Shown here: in pieces, positions 1-12,834 of the stretch
Layout: each line of letters opens with the position of its first letter
How positions within the stretch are numbered: the stretch's first letter is position 1
NCBI GenBank assembly: GCA_012295275.1
Contig: CM022678.1
Location: 17,174,001-17,238,000 of the forward strand
Direction: 5' to 3'
DNA from: Chrysomallon squamiferum
Lineage: Eukaryota > Animalia > Mollusca
DNA length: 64,000 nucleotides
Position numbers and translations under genes: made by a program
Notes under the pieces: model-generated
What the model was told of the DNA's origin: nothing
The model's database searches: none
What the model saw: only the letters and a program-made list of their open reading frames with translations

Positions 1-647
1 ATAGGCAGCCGTTTGACTGAATGCTGTGAGCGTTTTGCCTTTTTTCTAGGGTTCATTCCTACGATGATCATTGTTTGTGTAGCCTGAATCCAATTAATAG
101 CGGCATTTGTGTTCTTCCATTTTCAGTGCGACAACTGCTTCAAAAGCGAGAGCGATTTTCAGCAACTCGTTTTTACGTCATATGAGGAACTATTAAATAT
201 TTAATCATTAAACTTTGATGAATAATTAGTTAAACTTTTACTTAAATTTTAGTAAATAGTATTTAAGTTTAAAATCTTAATTCTTAAATTATTGTGTGTT
301 TGATGGACGTTCCAACTTTCCACTGTTTAAAGTGGGTGATAACATGAAAAATAGTTGCCTCGCTTTATTCTAAATATTATCTCTCGGCACAAAGATACAG
401 ATTTATGCTATGTACAGGATATGGTAGTCAAAATAGAAGAAGAAAAACAACAGTATCAAAAATGAAAAACAAAACTCTTTAAGAATAAAAAACAATAATA
501 ATAATAAATGAAACAAACCTTAGAAATAATTAAATAAATAAATTTAGACACAAAATAATTTTATAACCAAAACAATGTACATTTTTGTGTACATATGTAT
601 GTATGCATGCGTGTATGTATATTTGCATGTATATATGTTAGTCAGTG

Positions 648-2400
648 TGTAAAACCAGTCATTTGGCCTAATGCCTGAAATGTTTCGGCATTTAGCCTAA
701 CAGCCAACACCGTCAGGCGTTTGGACTAATGTCTAAAATTTCCGATGATTAGGCCAACCGACTGAAATAGACCTCTAGTCTTTAGGCAAAATGACTGAAT
801 GAAAACGAATGACTTACAATTACATGAAAACATTTGTTTCGAAATACATCTATTTATTACAGCAGTTAAAATTTGAGTGATATCTTGATTTGCAGAAAAG
901 AGTCTGCTTAAAACAATTAAAACGTTTTGTTTGACACCTCTTTGTTCAGGCACATTTGCATTTCACAAATCCTTGTCGACCTGCGGAATTACTCCTTTGA
1001 CACTGCTGCTCTAAGAGGCATTGTGCATTCTCTGGTCACGTCATTGTCATCAGTATTTACAATCACTCCCAGCAGGTTCCAGGGATCACCACGGCCCCTG
1101 TTGTCGGCTTCAATAGTCACTGCCACGTTGTCTCCTTCCTGTCTAGCGGTCAACACAACACAACTGCGTTTTATCATTCGCTCAGCTTGCTAAAATTCAG
1201 CATCTCTGGCAAGTTTTCTCTTCGTGCTGATGTACGATGTCGACACAGGAACTGTTTTCGGCAGCAACTGGTCATCCTTGGAGTTGGAAGGCAGCTGTTC
1301 AAACTCAGAGTTTGGTAGCGGTCGCTAAAATGAAATAAATTTAGAGATAAATATGTGGTGTTTGGAAAATTGCTGGAAGGCAAATTTCATATTTTTTCTA
1401 GCAATTTTGTGTACTTCTTGACCAGTCAAACTGCTAGAATTTATCCTGAATGTTACAATACTTGTTAGAAATGTATGAATGACATTCGCCATAAAAAGAG
1501 ACAAACGGTTCTCATCAAGAGAACATACTCCAGTTCCTTGCGTCATTCCCGATCATCAAGGCTACTAACAGATCTTTAATGTCTGAGTTGCGTCGCTCTA
1601 CAGAGCCCTGGCTTCGGGCGTGTCTTCGTTTCCCGTGCACAGTAACCAAATCGGTCCACAATCCCATCAGTTCCTTGACTTCAAAAGCTGTAAACGCGGA
1701 TCCGTTGACACTTTGCAAGACACGAGAAGCTCCAAACATCAGGAAGATGTCAGAGAATACAGAAGTTAGTCAAATTACCCTGGTAAACCACGACCCACTT
1801 GTACTTTCTACTTGGTAAGGACTGCATATCCACAAGATTCACTTGACCACGTGACGAAAACTCCTTAGTCAGAATAGGTTTTATTACGGCAGCTTTGGTT
1901 GTTGTCCTCTTGTGTTTCTGTTGACAGTCCGTGCATAACGACTTGAACAATTCGATAGCTTCACGTGTCACATTCACATATTTTGGGGATAGTTCTTTCA
2001 GCATTCGATCACGTCCGCCGTGGTCTTTTGAGAGGTGCGCCTGCTTGATAACTTCAAAGGTATATTCAATGGAATCGTAGTAGAGAGGAGTTTCTTCATC
2101 TGTTTGGCGCTTCTTAGTCTGTTTCTGCACTGATAAACAAATTATTATATGAACTTATACATTAATGTCTCTTGTATTTTTCTGGTATATTTTTCTTGCA
2201 TTTAATAACATAGGATCATTACATTCAAATATATAGTGATATTCATCTCCAGTTTTGTTAGGATTACAAATATGACATGTTCTCTCTTCTCTTAAACCAT
2301 CGTCCACTTTGAAAAGGATTTTGAACATTGAAACAAATTAACGTGCTAATTAGAGCAAGCTGTTCCGAAGCACGTTGAAAAGGAAGATTCTTCCCTATTT
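648..2400 (-). mobile_element. Degenerate Ginger-like (KRBA2/SCAND3-type integrase) DNA transposon relic; right boundary uncertain
   Basis: Starts TGTAAAACC at 648 (Ginger termini begin TGT), followed by short internal inverted repeats. It interrupts sequence that is homologous to 24240-24850 and 49930-50560, and contains a broken integrase on the minus strand. No matching second terminus was seen. Confidence 0.7.
989..2130 (-). pseudogene. KRBA2/SCAND3-like DDE integrase pseudogene
   Basis: Fragmented ORFs: 1750-2130 has an HHCC zinc motif (AHLSKDHGGRDRM...CTDC) and RGQVNLVDMQS; 1515-1739 has LQSVNGSAF and VHGKRRHARSQGSVER; 989-1177 has GDNVAVTI..RGRGDP. Frameshifts and stops separate the pieces, and the catalytic LQSDNG Asp is changed to Val. 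Confidence 0.85.
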
Positions 2401-3821
2401 TATACCAGCTAACAACATGTTGATGTAACAATAGCACTACCATTAATACCTACCATCTAATTGGTCTTTGATGTTAGAATAACATCACAATAAGGCAAAA
2501 TAGAGTGTAAATAATATGTCTTTAAATTATGTTTCAATATTATCAGTGTTTGATACATATGTAACTAGTATGTTGTTTAATGGTGGTGAGATAAAGTTCT
2601 CAAAAAGTGGATGTTATTGAGAGCATTCACTTAGATTTTTCTTTTAATATTTTAAAAGTTTAAGGTTCAACCACAACTATTTTGAATTGGGCAAATTTTC
2701 GTCAGTTTATGATTAAATATTGCATGAAATTAATTAGTACAAAAAATTCTAGTTTATATTATTGAAAAATAATTGGGTGATTTTTATTAGGAAAACTTTT
2801 CATGAATTAGACAGAGATGTTGATTTCAGTCTGAAGCGCCCTATATAGCCGCCACGTCGTTATGGATTACCTATTTTTTAAGCTGATCGGAATTATTTAC
2901 AAGCTTTATTCGTACAAACAGACTCAAACAAACAAGTGTTCAGCCTCTTGTCATTATTTGTGTATCCAATATAAATGTTTTTGTTTAACGAAAGCGGTAG
3001 AAAATCTGTATGAAAACCTTTCATAAATTTTCTTCAATATTTACGAGCAAAGGACTCTTTTCTTAAATACATCATCAGAAAGAGCAATATTTTATATAGT
3101 AAAAACTCAGTGATTTCGTTGTTTTCCTCGCAGTTTTCAAAACAGAAATTTAAACCGCGGTCTTTGCTTACTGACTGACGGACGGACGGACAACGACGAC
3201 GAAGACAAACGACGGTATCAGTTCTATAAAATCTCAAGTAATCTAGCAGGATCTACCTGAGGTGAAAATGAGTATAAAACACAGTTTAATCCTCTGAAGA
3301 CCTCGTGTAATTTGTGATGTCTTAAGCTGTTGCATATTCGTTAACACGTTCTTACGTCATACCTGAAACTGTAAAGTTTTTAATCATTTTAATCAATATT
3401 ATTTGAGTTTAATCCCTTAATTCTGAAATTATTTTGTGTTTTGTGGATGTTCCAACGTTTCACTGTTTGAAACTGGGTGAAAATTGGCTGCCCTGAAACA
3501 ACGATAACTAAAAATCTAATACAATACACGAATAAACAAACAACAAATTAAACAACATTATTTAGGAAATAAACAAACAAACAAACAAACAAACAAACAA
3601 ACAAATAAATAAATAAATAAATAAATAAATTCAATTAATCAGAAAATAACTTTATAATTAGATGTGTCCGTATATGTATGTATTTATGTTTGTATGTAAA
3701 TATTTTCAATATGTGTGGCTGAATGTATTTTATAAATTTACGTTACAATGTACGAATATATGTGTGATTGAATTTATTTTTAATGTATCTATGTATGAGT
3801 GTATGTATACGCGTGTGTGTG

Positions 3822-3861
<40 letters not shown>

Positions 3862-4007
3862 TAACTGTGTATATAGATAAATATACGTTTGTTTATATTC
3901 AATGCAAGTTTTTACAGTTTCTTTGTATGAATTTGTGTATTTGTATGGGTCTATATGTATGTATGTCTCTTTGCTAAGTAAAATATTTTTTTTTTCAACT
4001 TCTTCAG

Positions 4008-4118
4008 TTTCAGTTAACAGTTTCATATGTAAAGACAACATAGACGTATGTTCTACCTTTAAATACTGCCAGCCGGAAATCGAAATGGACTGTATGAACA
4101 CTTGTGAAGTTTGTACAG
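4008..4118 (+). CDS. Copy A ShKT-like exon (phase 1-1)
   Basis: ttcag|...acag|gtaac, 111 nt, encodes VSVNSFICKDNIDVCSTFKYCQPEIEMDCMNTCEVCT with 6 Cys ending CxxTCxxC. Confidence 0.8.
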
Positions 4119-4985
4119 GTAACGTTTTCACGGTTTTAGCATAGCAGAGTCAACTGGAGCAGCATAGATCAAAAAGATAGTTCATATGTTAATAACGATA
4201 CATACACTATACAGTTAATATGTCCAGTCAGGATACACACACAGTATGGTTGATAAGTTAAGTAAAGATATAGATATATACAGGGTAATTGGTGCATTAT
4301 GTAAGCACTGATACACAGACTATTTGGAATGTTAAACGATGATAGCTAACTAGGATAGATGAATCTTAAACATGTCTGATAGGATAAATACCAGATAGGA
4401 ACGGATATATTAGTAAGGATATGCATTCAGAAAACAAACATACTACATAAGTTATTCAGAATTCCATGACAGTAGACATATTTTAGGTAGGATAGATACC
4501 CATGATAGATAATAGCATACAAAGGAAAGCTATGTATTAGGCAGGATAGCTTGTATAAATAGGATATGTGTACAGGTTACACTTATGTCAGGATACGATT
4601 GATGGATACACGTAATACTTGGCATATACAAGACATAATTGATAGTATAGATATATAGGATTTAACGGCTAGCAGTTTAATTTTGTGAGTGTACACATAA
4701 CATACGAACATGCACATACCAAATACAAAACAGTCACAAAAACATTGCCATTTTTCATTTGTGTTAATAAATATAACGATTTCTCATTTTGTACACATGC
4801 ATACTCAGACACACTATTTCTATTTTAATTTCAGTAAGTCAATATAGTTAATTACGTTCGCGCGTGCACACCAAACCTCGCATCAGCTCTCTCATTTTTT
4901 CTTTTAATTACTGCAAGTGTGGTAGCAGTGCACACACAACATCCTGTAATTCTGAGTAAATTAATGCGAGTAATTCTATTTTTAG

Positions 4986-6074
4986 ATGAGGGGTGTTCTG
5001 AAGGTTATTACCATGGAGATGGCGATACGTGTAAACCCTGTTCTGTGAAAGACACAAAAAATTCACAAAGTTACAAAGAAAGATGTAATATATTTTGTCC
5101 CAGTAACAAAACGCGTGGTAAAAACTGTGATATGATGTGTAGTGACAGTTGCTTGGATAAAATATGTTACAGATGGACAGGTTATTGTGTACGTTGTCCT
5201 TCTGGATTATCTGGACCACGTTGTAAGCAGCACTGTAATAACACTGACGACAACGGTGACTGCATCGGTGACTGTTTTCGTGGGTTTTTTGGTTCACAAT
5301 GCAAAGAAAAGTGTCCAGACGGATGTAAAGACAAAGTCTGCAACAGAAAGACGGGAAACTGTATACAATGCCCTCATGGATTTTGGGGTAGACTTTGTAA
5401 ACTTCATTGTTCAAATAACTGTCTAAACAGTTCCTGTAATAAAAGCGGTAAATGCTCTACAGGTTGCAAAGTTGGGTTTTTCGGAATGAAATGCTCAAAG
5501 AAATGCAGCGCGAGCTGTCTACATCAGGTATGTAACAGAGAAAACGGATCATGTTCGGATGGTCGTGTTTCTGGTGACTATTACGGAGTCCGTAACAAAG
5601 ACTGTTCTGATAATTGTCTGACTTCTACATGTGATCGTATAACCGGGAAATGTAAGAAAGGATGCAAAGTAACTGATATTTATGGCGCATTTTGCAACTA
5701 TTCTTGTGGCTCGGAATGCCGTGTTCGATGTGATAATATCTCCGAATACGTTGAATGCAGGGCGGTTTGTGTCAACGGAAGAAAGGGAGAACATTGCACC
5801 GATTTCTGTCCTAGGAATTGTAAAGGATCATGTGATCAGCTTTCAGGACGATGTCTTAAAGGCTGTCTTTCTGGTTACCATGGTATCTACTGCAGCAAAT
5901 CATGCCCCGCTAACTGTCTGGGAAGTGCATGCCATCAAAACAACAGAACGTGTGTAGACGGATGTGTAACGTCGTTCTATGGACCGACGTGCTCAAATCG
6001 ATGCAGTGACAACTGCGCTGCTTGTGATGCTAATGGGATCTGCAGTTTGTCTACAAATGATAATCACGACGAAT
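4986..6074 (+). CDS. Copy A multi-EGF-like (MEGF10/11, Draper/CED-1-like) ectodomain exon
   Basis: tttag|ATGAG...GAAT|gtaagt, 1089 nt, open. Repeated C..GFFG..C...C...C motifs within ORF 4919-6238. Confidence 0.9.
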
Positions 6075-6128
6075 GTAAGTATTCAGCAGTACACATCCGT
6101 ACAGTCGCGCGCGTTCGCACAGACTTAA

Positions 6129-6160
<32 letters not shown>

Positions 6161-6823
6161 ATACACGCACACAAGGATACATACATATGCACATGCATTA
6201 TACACACATATATACACAAGCAAAAGAAATGTAAATAAATATAATTAAAAAAATAAAAGATAAGATTTCTTCTGATATCAAGTTTCTTCTCATTTTGTCT
6301 TCGTTATTGATTCGTTCGTTATTGCGTTTTCTTTTTCTTATTAGTTAACTATTGTGATAACAGTGTTGTGAATGGTTATCTATTGTGTAACTATACTGGT
6401 ATTGGTTAATTTTTTTGATAACAACTTTCTAATGGCTTCACTATTGCGTATTGGCATTCCGATAGTTAACTATGGCGAAACCAACTTTCTGATAGGTAAA
6501 CTATTATGTTACGTATTGACTGATTAACTATTGTGTTAGCTATTACCTGTCTGGTGTGACAGCTATTTTCTGACAGGTTCGCTATATACGTGTCAATCTA
6601 ATACTGTTTTTTTTTTTTTTTTTTTTTTTTTCAGTGGAGGTCTCCTTTGATGTCGTTTGGTTGACATCTGTGTATGGAATGGTAGCTTTTTTGACTTGCC
6701 GCTTCTAGAGTCCGAGGAAGATGAAAGTGTTGATATTAAACATTTTCACACATATGTGTACAATATGAGTCTTATGAATTGTTTTTATCCTGAATTTCAG
6801 TTATGGAAATGCTTATATTTTAC

Positions 6824-6858
<35 letters not shown>

Positions 6859-6894
6859 ATTTATTTGTTTATATGTTTATTGTGTTTTTTATTG

Positions 6895-6953
<59 letters not shown>

Positions 6954-7714
6954 TTATTTATTTTGTTTATTTAGTTACTATTATTTTTATTATAATGAAT
7001 ATAATAATAATACTTATTATTACAATTATTTTATTATTATCACTATAATAATCATCATTAGATTTACTATTATTGTTGTTTATATTATTTGTATTATTAT
7101 TATTGTTATTAATATTATTATTATCAATACTCCTCTTCTTGTAATTTATTGACTGATTAGTGACTGTTATCAATATTGTAATTGTTTGGTAATATTTTTC
7201 CTACAAACTAATGAATTTTGTTACTAATTAATTGATATATCAATTTACTTATTGTCGTTTTAGAATTTATATTATATACAATTTGTCAATGGAGGTACAA
7301 AATAAAAAAATTATATAGTCATGAATAAGCAAATATACAGAAAACTCATGCGTACATATATTACAAATAAAACATTAATTACGGATCCTTTTTCAGTTTT
7401 TAAAGAAAATAAAGTTATATTCTATCAGTGTAGCAGACAAGTTAGAAAATGTTCCTAAAAATATATACAGGGATATAAAACCATGTAAGTAGAAGTCTGA
7501 AGTATTATGTCGTTATTTTCCCTGTTTCTCTTCTTCTTGTTATTAGTTTCTTGATGTTTTTGTTTTGATTGTTGTTGTTGTTGCTGTTGACTGAAATCGG
7601 AAAACACTTTTCGACTCTCAGAAAGAAAGATGTCATAATTTTCCATACAAAATTACCTGCAGACTATCTGTATTAATCGAATATATAGAGATACTATTAC
7701 TGCTTGTACTACTA

Positions 7715-7811
7715 CTTCTTCTTCTTCTTCCTCCTCTTCTTCTTCTTCTTCTTCTTCTTCTTCTTCTTCTTCTTCTTCTTCTTCTTCTTCTTCTTCTTCT
7801 TCTTCTTCTTC
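7715..7811. repeat. (CTT)n microsatellite at the left edge of the large tandem array
   Basis: Directly visible run. Confidence 0.95.
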
Positions 7812-7819
7812 GTGTGTCA

Positions 7820-8648
7820 GTCTCTCTATCTATGCCTATATATACTAAGGAAAGAAAAATGTTTTATAGTGGTTCTTTATTTGTTTACTTATATACTTAT
7901 TCTATCCTGTCTACTTTGCTTATTGTTGTTATAATAAAAAATCGGTAAACAAAATAATTTATTTTCTCATTTGATAGAATCGGTTTTTTAATATCAGAAT
8001 TTATTATTTCTGTTTCTATTTTATTATTATTCTGAAATTTATTTATTTATAAATTTTCTGACAATTTTTAATTAATTGAAATTCGTTTGCTTTCCAATTG
8101 TATATGCATTATGTACAAGAGATTTTCTCTGTGTATCACAATGTGTGTTTTTGTATGTGTGAATATGTCCGTATTTCTGTCAGGGTCTATATATACTAAG
8201 AAAACAAAAAATCACTTCGATTAGAGTTAGGTCCCCTACGTGAGATGTATTCACTAAGCAAAGTAAAAATTAGATCCATTAGACTTATCTCCCTTTACTG
8301 ATATGTGTTCAAAAACATATATTTGAGATAGGACCCTTAGGTGAGATGTACTCACTAACCCTTGATCGTTTTAAATTTTGATAGTGGTTCTTTATTTGTT
8401 TACTTATTTATTTATTCTATACTGTCTACTTTCCTTGTTGTTGTTATAATAAAAAAACAAGGAAACAAAATAATTTATTGTGTCATTTGATAGAATCGGT
8501 TTTGCAATATAAGAATTTGTTATTTCTTTTAGGATTTTCTTAATATTCTTAAATTTATTTGTTTTTAAATCTTCTGGCAATATTGGATTAATTCAATTTC
8601 GTTCCTTTTACAATTGTATATGCGTTAAGTACTAGATATTTTTTCACC

Positions 8649-8693
<45 letters not shown>

Positions 8694-9678
8694 ATCATCT
8701 GTATATATATATATATAACAAAGAAAAAATCATTTCGATTAGAGTTAGGTCCCTTACGTGAGATGTACTCAGTAAGCAAGTAAAAATTGGATGGATTAGA
8801 ATTATCTCCCTTTAGTGGCACGTGTTCGGAAACATATATTAGAGATAGAGCCCTTAGGTGAGATGTACTCACTTAGTCTTCTGTCGTTTTAAAGCTTCAA
8901 AGTTTTTCTTTATTTGTTTACTTATTTATTTATTCTATCCTCTCTACTTAGCTTATTGTTGTTATAGTAAAAAATCAGGAAATAAAATAATTTATTGTGT
9001 CTTTTCATATAATCGGTTTTATAATATCAGAATTTATTATTTCTGTTTGTATTTTATTATTATTCTGAAATTTATTTATTTATAAATCTTCTGACAATTT
9101 TTAATTAATTGAAATTCGTTTGCTTTACAATTGTATATGCATTATGTACAAGAGATTTTCTCTGTGTATCACAATGTGTGTTTTTGTATGTGTGAATATG
9201 TCCGTATGTCTGTCAGGGTATATATATACTAAGAAAACAAAAAATCATTTCGATTAGAGTTAGGTCCCCTACGTGAGATGTATTCACTAAGCAAAGTAAA
9301 AATTAGATCCATTAGACTTATCTCCCTTTACTGATATGTGTTCAAAAACATATATTTGAGATAGGGCCCTTAGGTGAGTTCTACTCACTAATCGCTTGAT
9401 CGTTTTAAATTTTGATAGTGGTTCTTTATTTGTTTACTTATTTATTTATTCTATACTGTCTACTTTCCTTGTTGTTGTTAAAAAAAAACAAGGAAACAAA
9501 ATAATTTATTGTGTCATTTGATAGAATCGGTTTTGCAATATAAGAATTTGTTATTTCTTTTAGGATTTTCTTAATATTCTTAAATTTATTTGTTTTTAAA
9601 TCTTCTGGCAATATTGGATTAATTCAATTTCGTTCCTTTTACAATTGTATATGCGTTAAGTACTAGATATTTTTTCAC

Positions 9679-9713
<35 letters not shown>

Positions 9714-12700
9714 CATGTGTATATATATATATATATATATATACTAAGCAAAGAAAAAATCATTTCGATTAGAGTTAGGTCCCTTACGTGAGATGTACTC
9801 AGTTAAAAGTAAAAATTGGATGGATTAGAATTATCTCCCTTTAGTGGCACGTGTTCGAAAACATATATTAGAGATAGAGCCCTTACGTGAGATGTACTCA
9901 CTTAGTCTTCTGTCGTTTTAAATCTTCAAAGTTTTTCTTTATTTGTTTACTTATTTATTTATTCTATCCTCTCTACTTAGCTTATTGTTGTTATAGTAAA
10001 AAATCAGGAAATAAAATAATTTATTGTGTCTTTTCATATAATCGGTTTTATAATATCAGAATTTATTATTTCTGTTTGTATTTTATTATTATTCTGAAAT
10101 TTATTTATTTATAAATCTTCTGACAATTTTTAATTAATTGAAATTCGTTTTGCTTTACAATTGAATATGCATTATGTACAAGAGATTTTCTCTGTGTATC
10201 ACAATGTGTGTTTTTGTATGTGTGAATATGTCCGTATTTCTGTCAGGGTGTATATATACTAAGAAAACAAAAAATCATTTCGATTAGAGTTAGGTCCCCT
10301 ACGTGAGATGTATTCACTAAGCAAAGTAAAAATTAGATCCATTAGACTTATCTCCCTTTACTGATATGTGTTCAAAAACATATATTTGAGATAGGGCCCT
10401 TAGGTGAGATGTACTCACTAATCGTTTGATCGTTTTAAATTTTCATAGTGGTTCTTTATTTGTTTACTTATTTATTTATTCTATACTGTCTACTTTCCTT
10501 GTTGTTGTTATAATAAAAAAACAAGGAAACAAAATAATTTATTGTGTCATTTGATAGAATCGGTTTTGCAATATAAGAATTTGTTATTTCTTTTAGGATT
10601 TTCTTAATATTCTTAAATTTATTTGTTTTTAAATCTTCTGGCAATATTGGATTAATTCAATTTTGTTCCTTTTACAATTGTATATGCGTTAAGTAATAGA
10701 TATTTGTTCACCGTCTGTCTGTGTGCGTGTGCGTGTGCGTGTGTGTGTGTCAGTGTGTGTGTCATCTGTGTATATATATACTAAGCAAAGAAAAAATCAT
10801 TTCGATTAGAGTTAGGTCCCTTACGTGAGATGTACTCAGTAAGCAAGTAAAAATTGGATGGATTAGAATTATCTCCCTTTAGTGGCACGTGTTCGAAAAC
10901 ATATATTAGAGATAGAGCCCTTAGGTGAGATGTACTCACTTAGTCTTCTGTCGTTTTAAAGCTTCAAAGTTTTTAAGTTGTTCTTTATTTGTTTACTTAT
11001 TTATTTATTCTATCCTCTCTACTTAGCTTATTGTTGTTATAGTAAAAAATCAGGAAATAAAATAATTTATTGTGTCTTTTCATATAATCGGTTTTATAAT
11101 ATCAGAATTTATTATTTCTGTTTGTATTTTATTATTATTCTGAAATTTATTTATTTATAAATCTTCTGACAATTTTAATTAATTTTTAATTAATTGAAAT
11201 TCGTTTTTTTTTACAATTGAATATGCATTATGTACAAGAGATTTTTCTCTGTGTATCACAGTGTGTGTTTTTGTATGTGTGAATATGTCCGTATTTCTGT
11301 CAGGGTGTATATATACTAAGAAAACAAAAAATCATTTCGATTAGAGTTAGGTCCCCTACGTGAGATGTATTCACTAAGCAAAGTAAAAATTAGATCCATT
11401 AGACTTATCTCCCTTTACTGATATGTGTTCAAAAACATATATTTGAGATAGGGCCCTTAGGTGAGATGTACTCACTAATCATTTGATCGTTTTAAATTTT
11501 CATAGTGGTTCTTTATTTGTTTACTTATTTATTTATTCTATACTGTCTACTTTCCTTGTTGTTGTTATAATAAAAAAAAAGGAAACAAAATAATTTATTG
11601 TGTCATTTGATAGAATCGGTTTTGCAATATAAGAATTTGTTATTTCTTTTAGGATTTTCTTAATATTCTTAAATTTATTTGTTTTTAAATCTTCTGGCAA
11701 TATTGGATTAATTCAATTTCGTTCCTTTTACAATTGTATATGCGTTAAGTACTAGATATTTTTTCAACGTCTGTGTGTGTGCGTGTGTGTATGTGCGTGT
11801 GTGTGTGTGTCATCTGTGTATATATATACTAAGCAAAGAAAAAATCATTTCGATTAGAGTTAGGTCCCTTACGTGAGATGTACTCAGTAAGCAAGTAAAA
11901 ATTGGATGGATTAGAATTATCTCCCTTTAGTGGCACGTGTTCGAAAACATATATTAGAGATAGAGCCCTTACGTGAGATATACTCACTTAGTCTTCTGTT
12001 GTTTTAAAGCTTCAAAGTTTTTCTTTATTTGTTTACTTATTTATTTATTCTATCCTCTCTACTTAGCTTATTGTTGTTATAGTAAAAAATCAGGAAATAA
12101 AATAATTTATTGTGTCTTTTCATATAATCGGTTTTATAATATCAGAATTTATTATTTCTGTTTGTATTTTATTATTATTCTGAAATTTATTTATTTATAA
12201 ATCTTCTGACAATTTTTAATTAATTGAAATTCGTTTTCTTTACAATTGAATATGCATTATGTACAAGAGATTTTCTCTGTGTATCACAATGTGTGTTTTT
12301 GTATGTGTGAATATGTCCGTATTTCTGTCAGGGTCTATATATACTAAGAAAACAAAAAATCATTTCGATTAGAGTTAGGTCCCCTACGTGAGATGTATTC
12401 ACTAAGCAAAGTAAAAATTAGATCCATTAGACTTATCTCCCTTTACTGATATGTGTTCAAAAACATATATTTGAGATAGGACCCTTAGGTGAGATGTACT
12501 CACTAACCATTCGATCGTTTTAAATTTTGATAGTGGTTCTTTATTTGTTTACTTATTTATTTATTCTATACTGTCTACTTTCCTTGTTGTTGTTATAATA
12601 AAAAACAAGGAAACAAAATAATTTATTGTGTCATTTGATAGAATCGGTTTTGCAATATAAGAATTTGTTATTTCTTTTAGGATTTTCTTAATATTCTTAA

Positions 12701-12796
12701 ATTTATTTGTTTTTAAATCTTCTGGCAATATTGGATTAATTCAATTTCGTTCCTTTTACAATTGTATATGCGTTAAGTACTAGATATTTTTTCACC

Positions 12797-12834
<38 letters not shown>

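Larger units (their letters stand above)
4008..7484 (+). pseudogene. Copy A: truncated ShKT-EGF receptor PTP paralog (intact ectodomain, deleted TM/juxtamembrane region, most PTP exons missing)
   Basis: Exons 4008-4118, 4986-6074, a fused TM/juxtamembrane remnant 6635-6800 (in-frame TAG at 6706-6708; donor GT changed to TT) and 7397-7484 (KNIY instead of KNRY). No leader exon in the window and no later PTP exons. Confidence 0.8.

Noticed and set aside
3165-3215. (GACG)n tract suggestive of a DINE-1/Helentron-like element
   Set aside because: Too short, and no termini could be identified.
4908-5957. Alternate-frame and antisense ORFs over the EGF exons (also 36383-37552 and 53765-54489)
   Set aside because: Shadows of Cys-rich coding sequence with no independent motifs.
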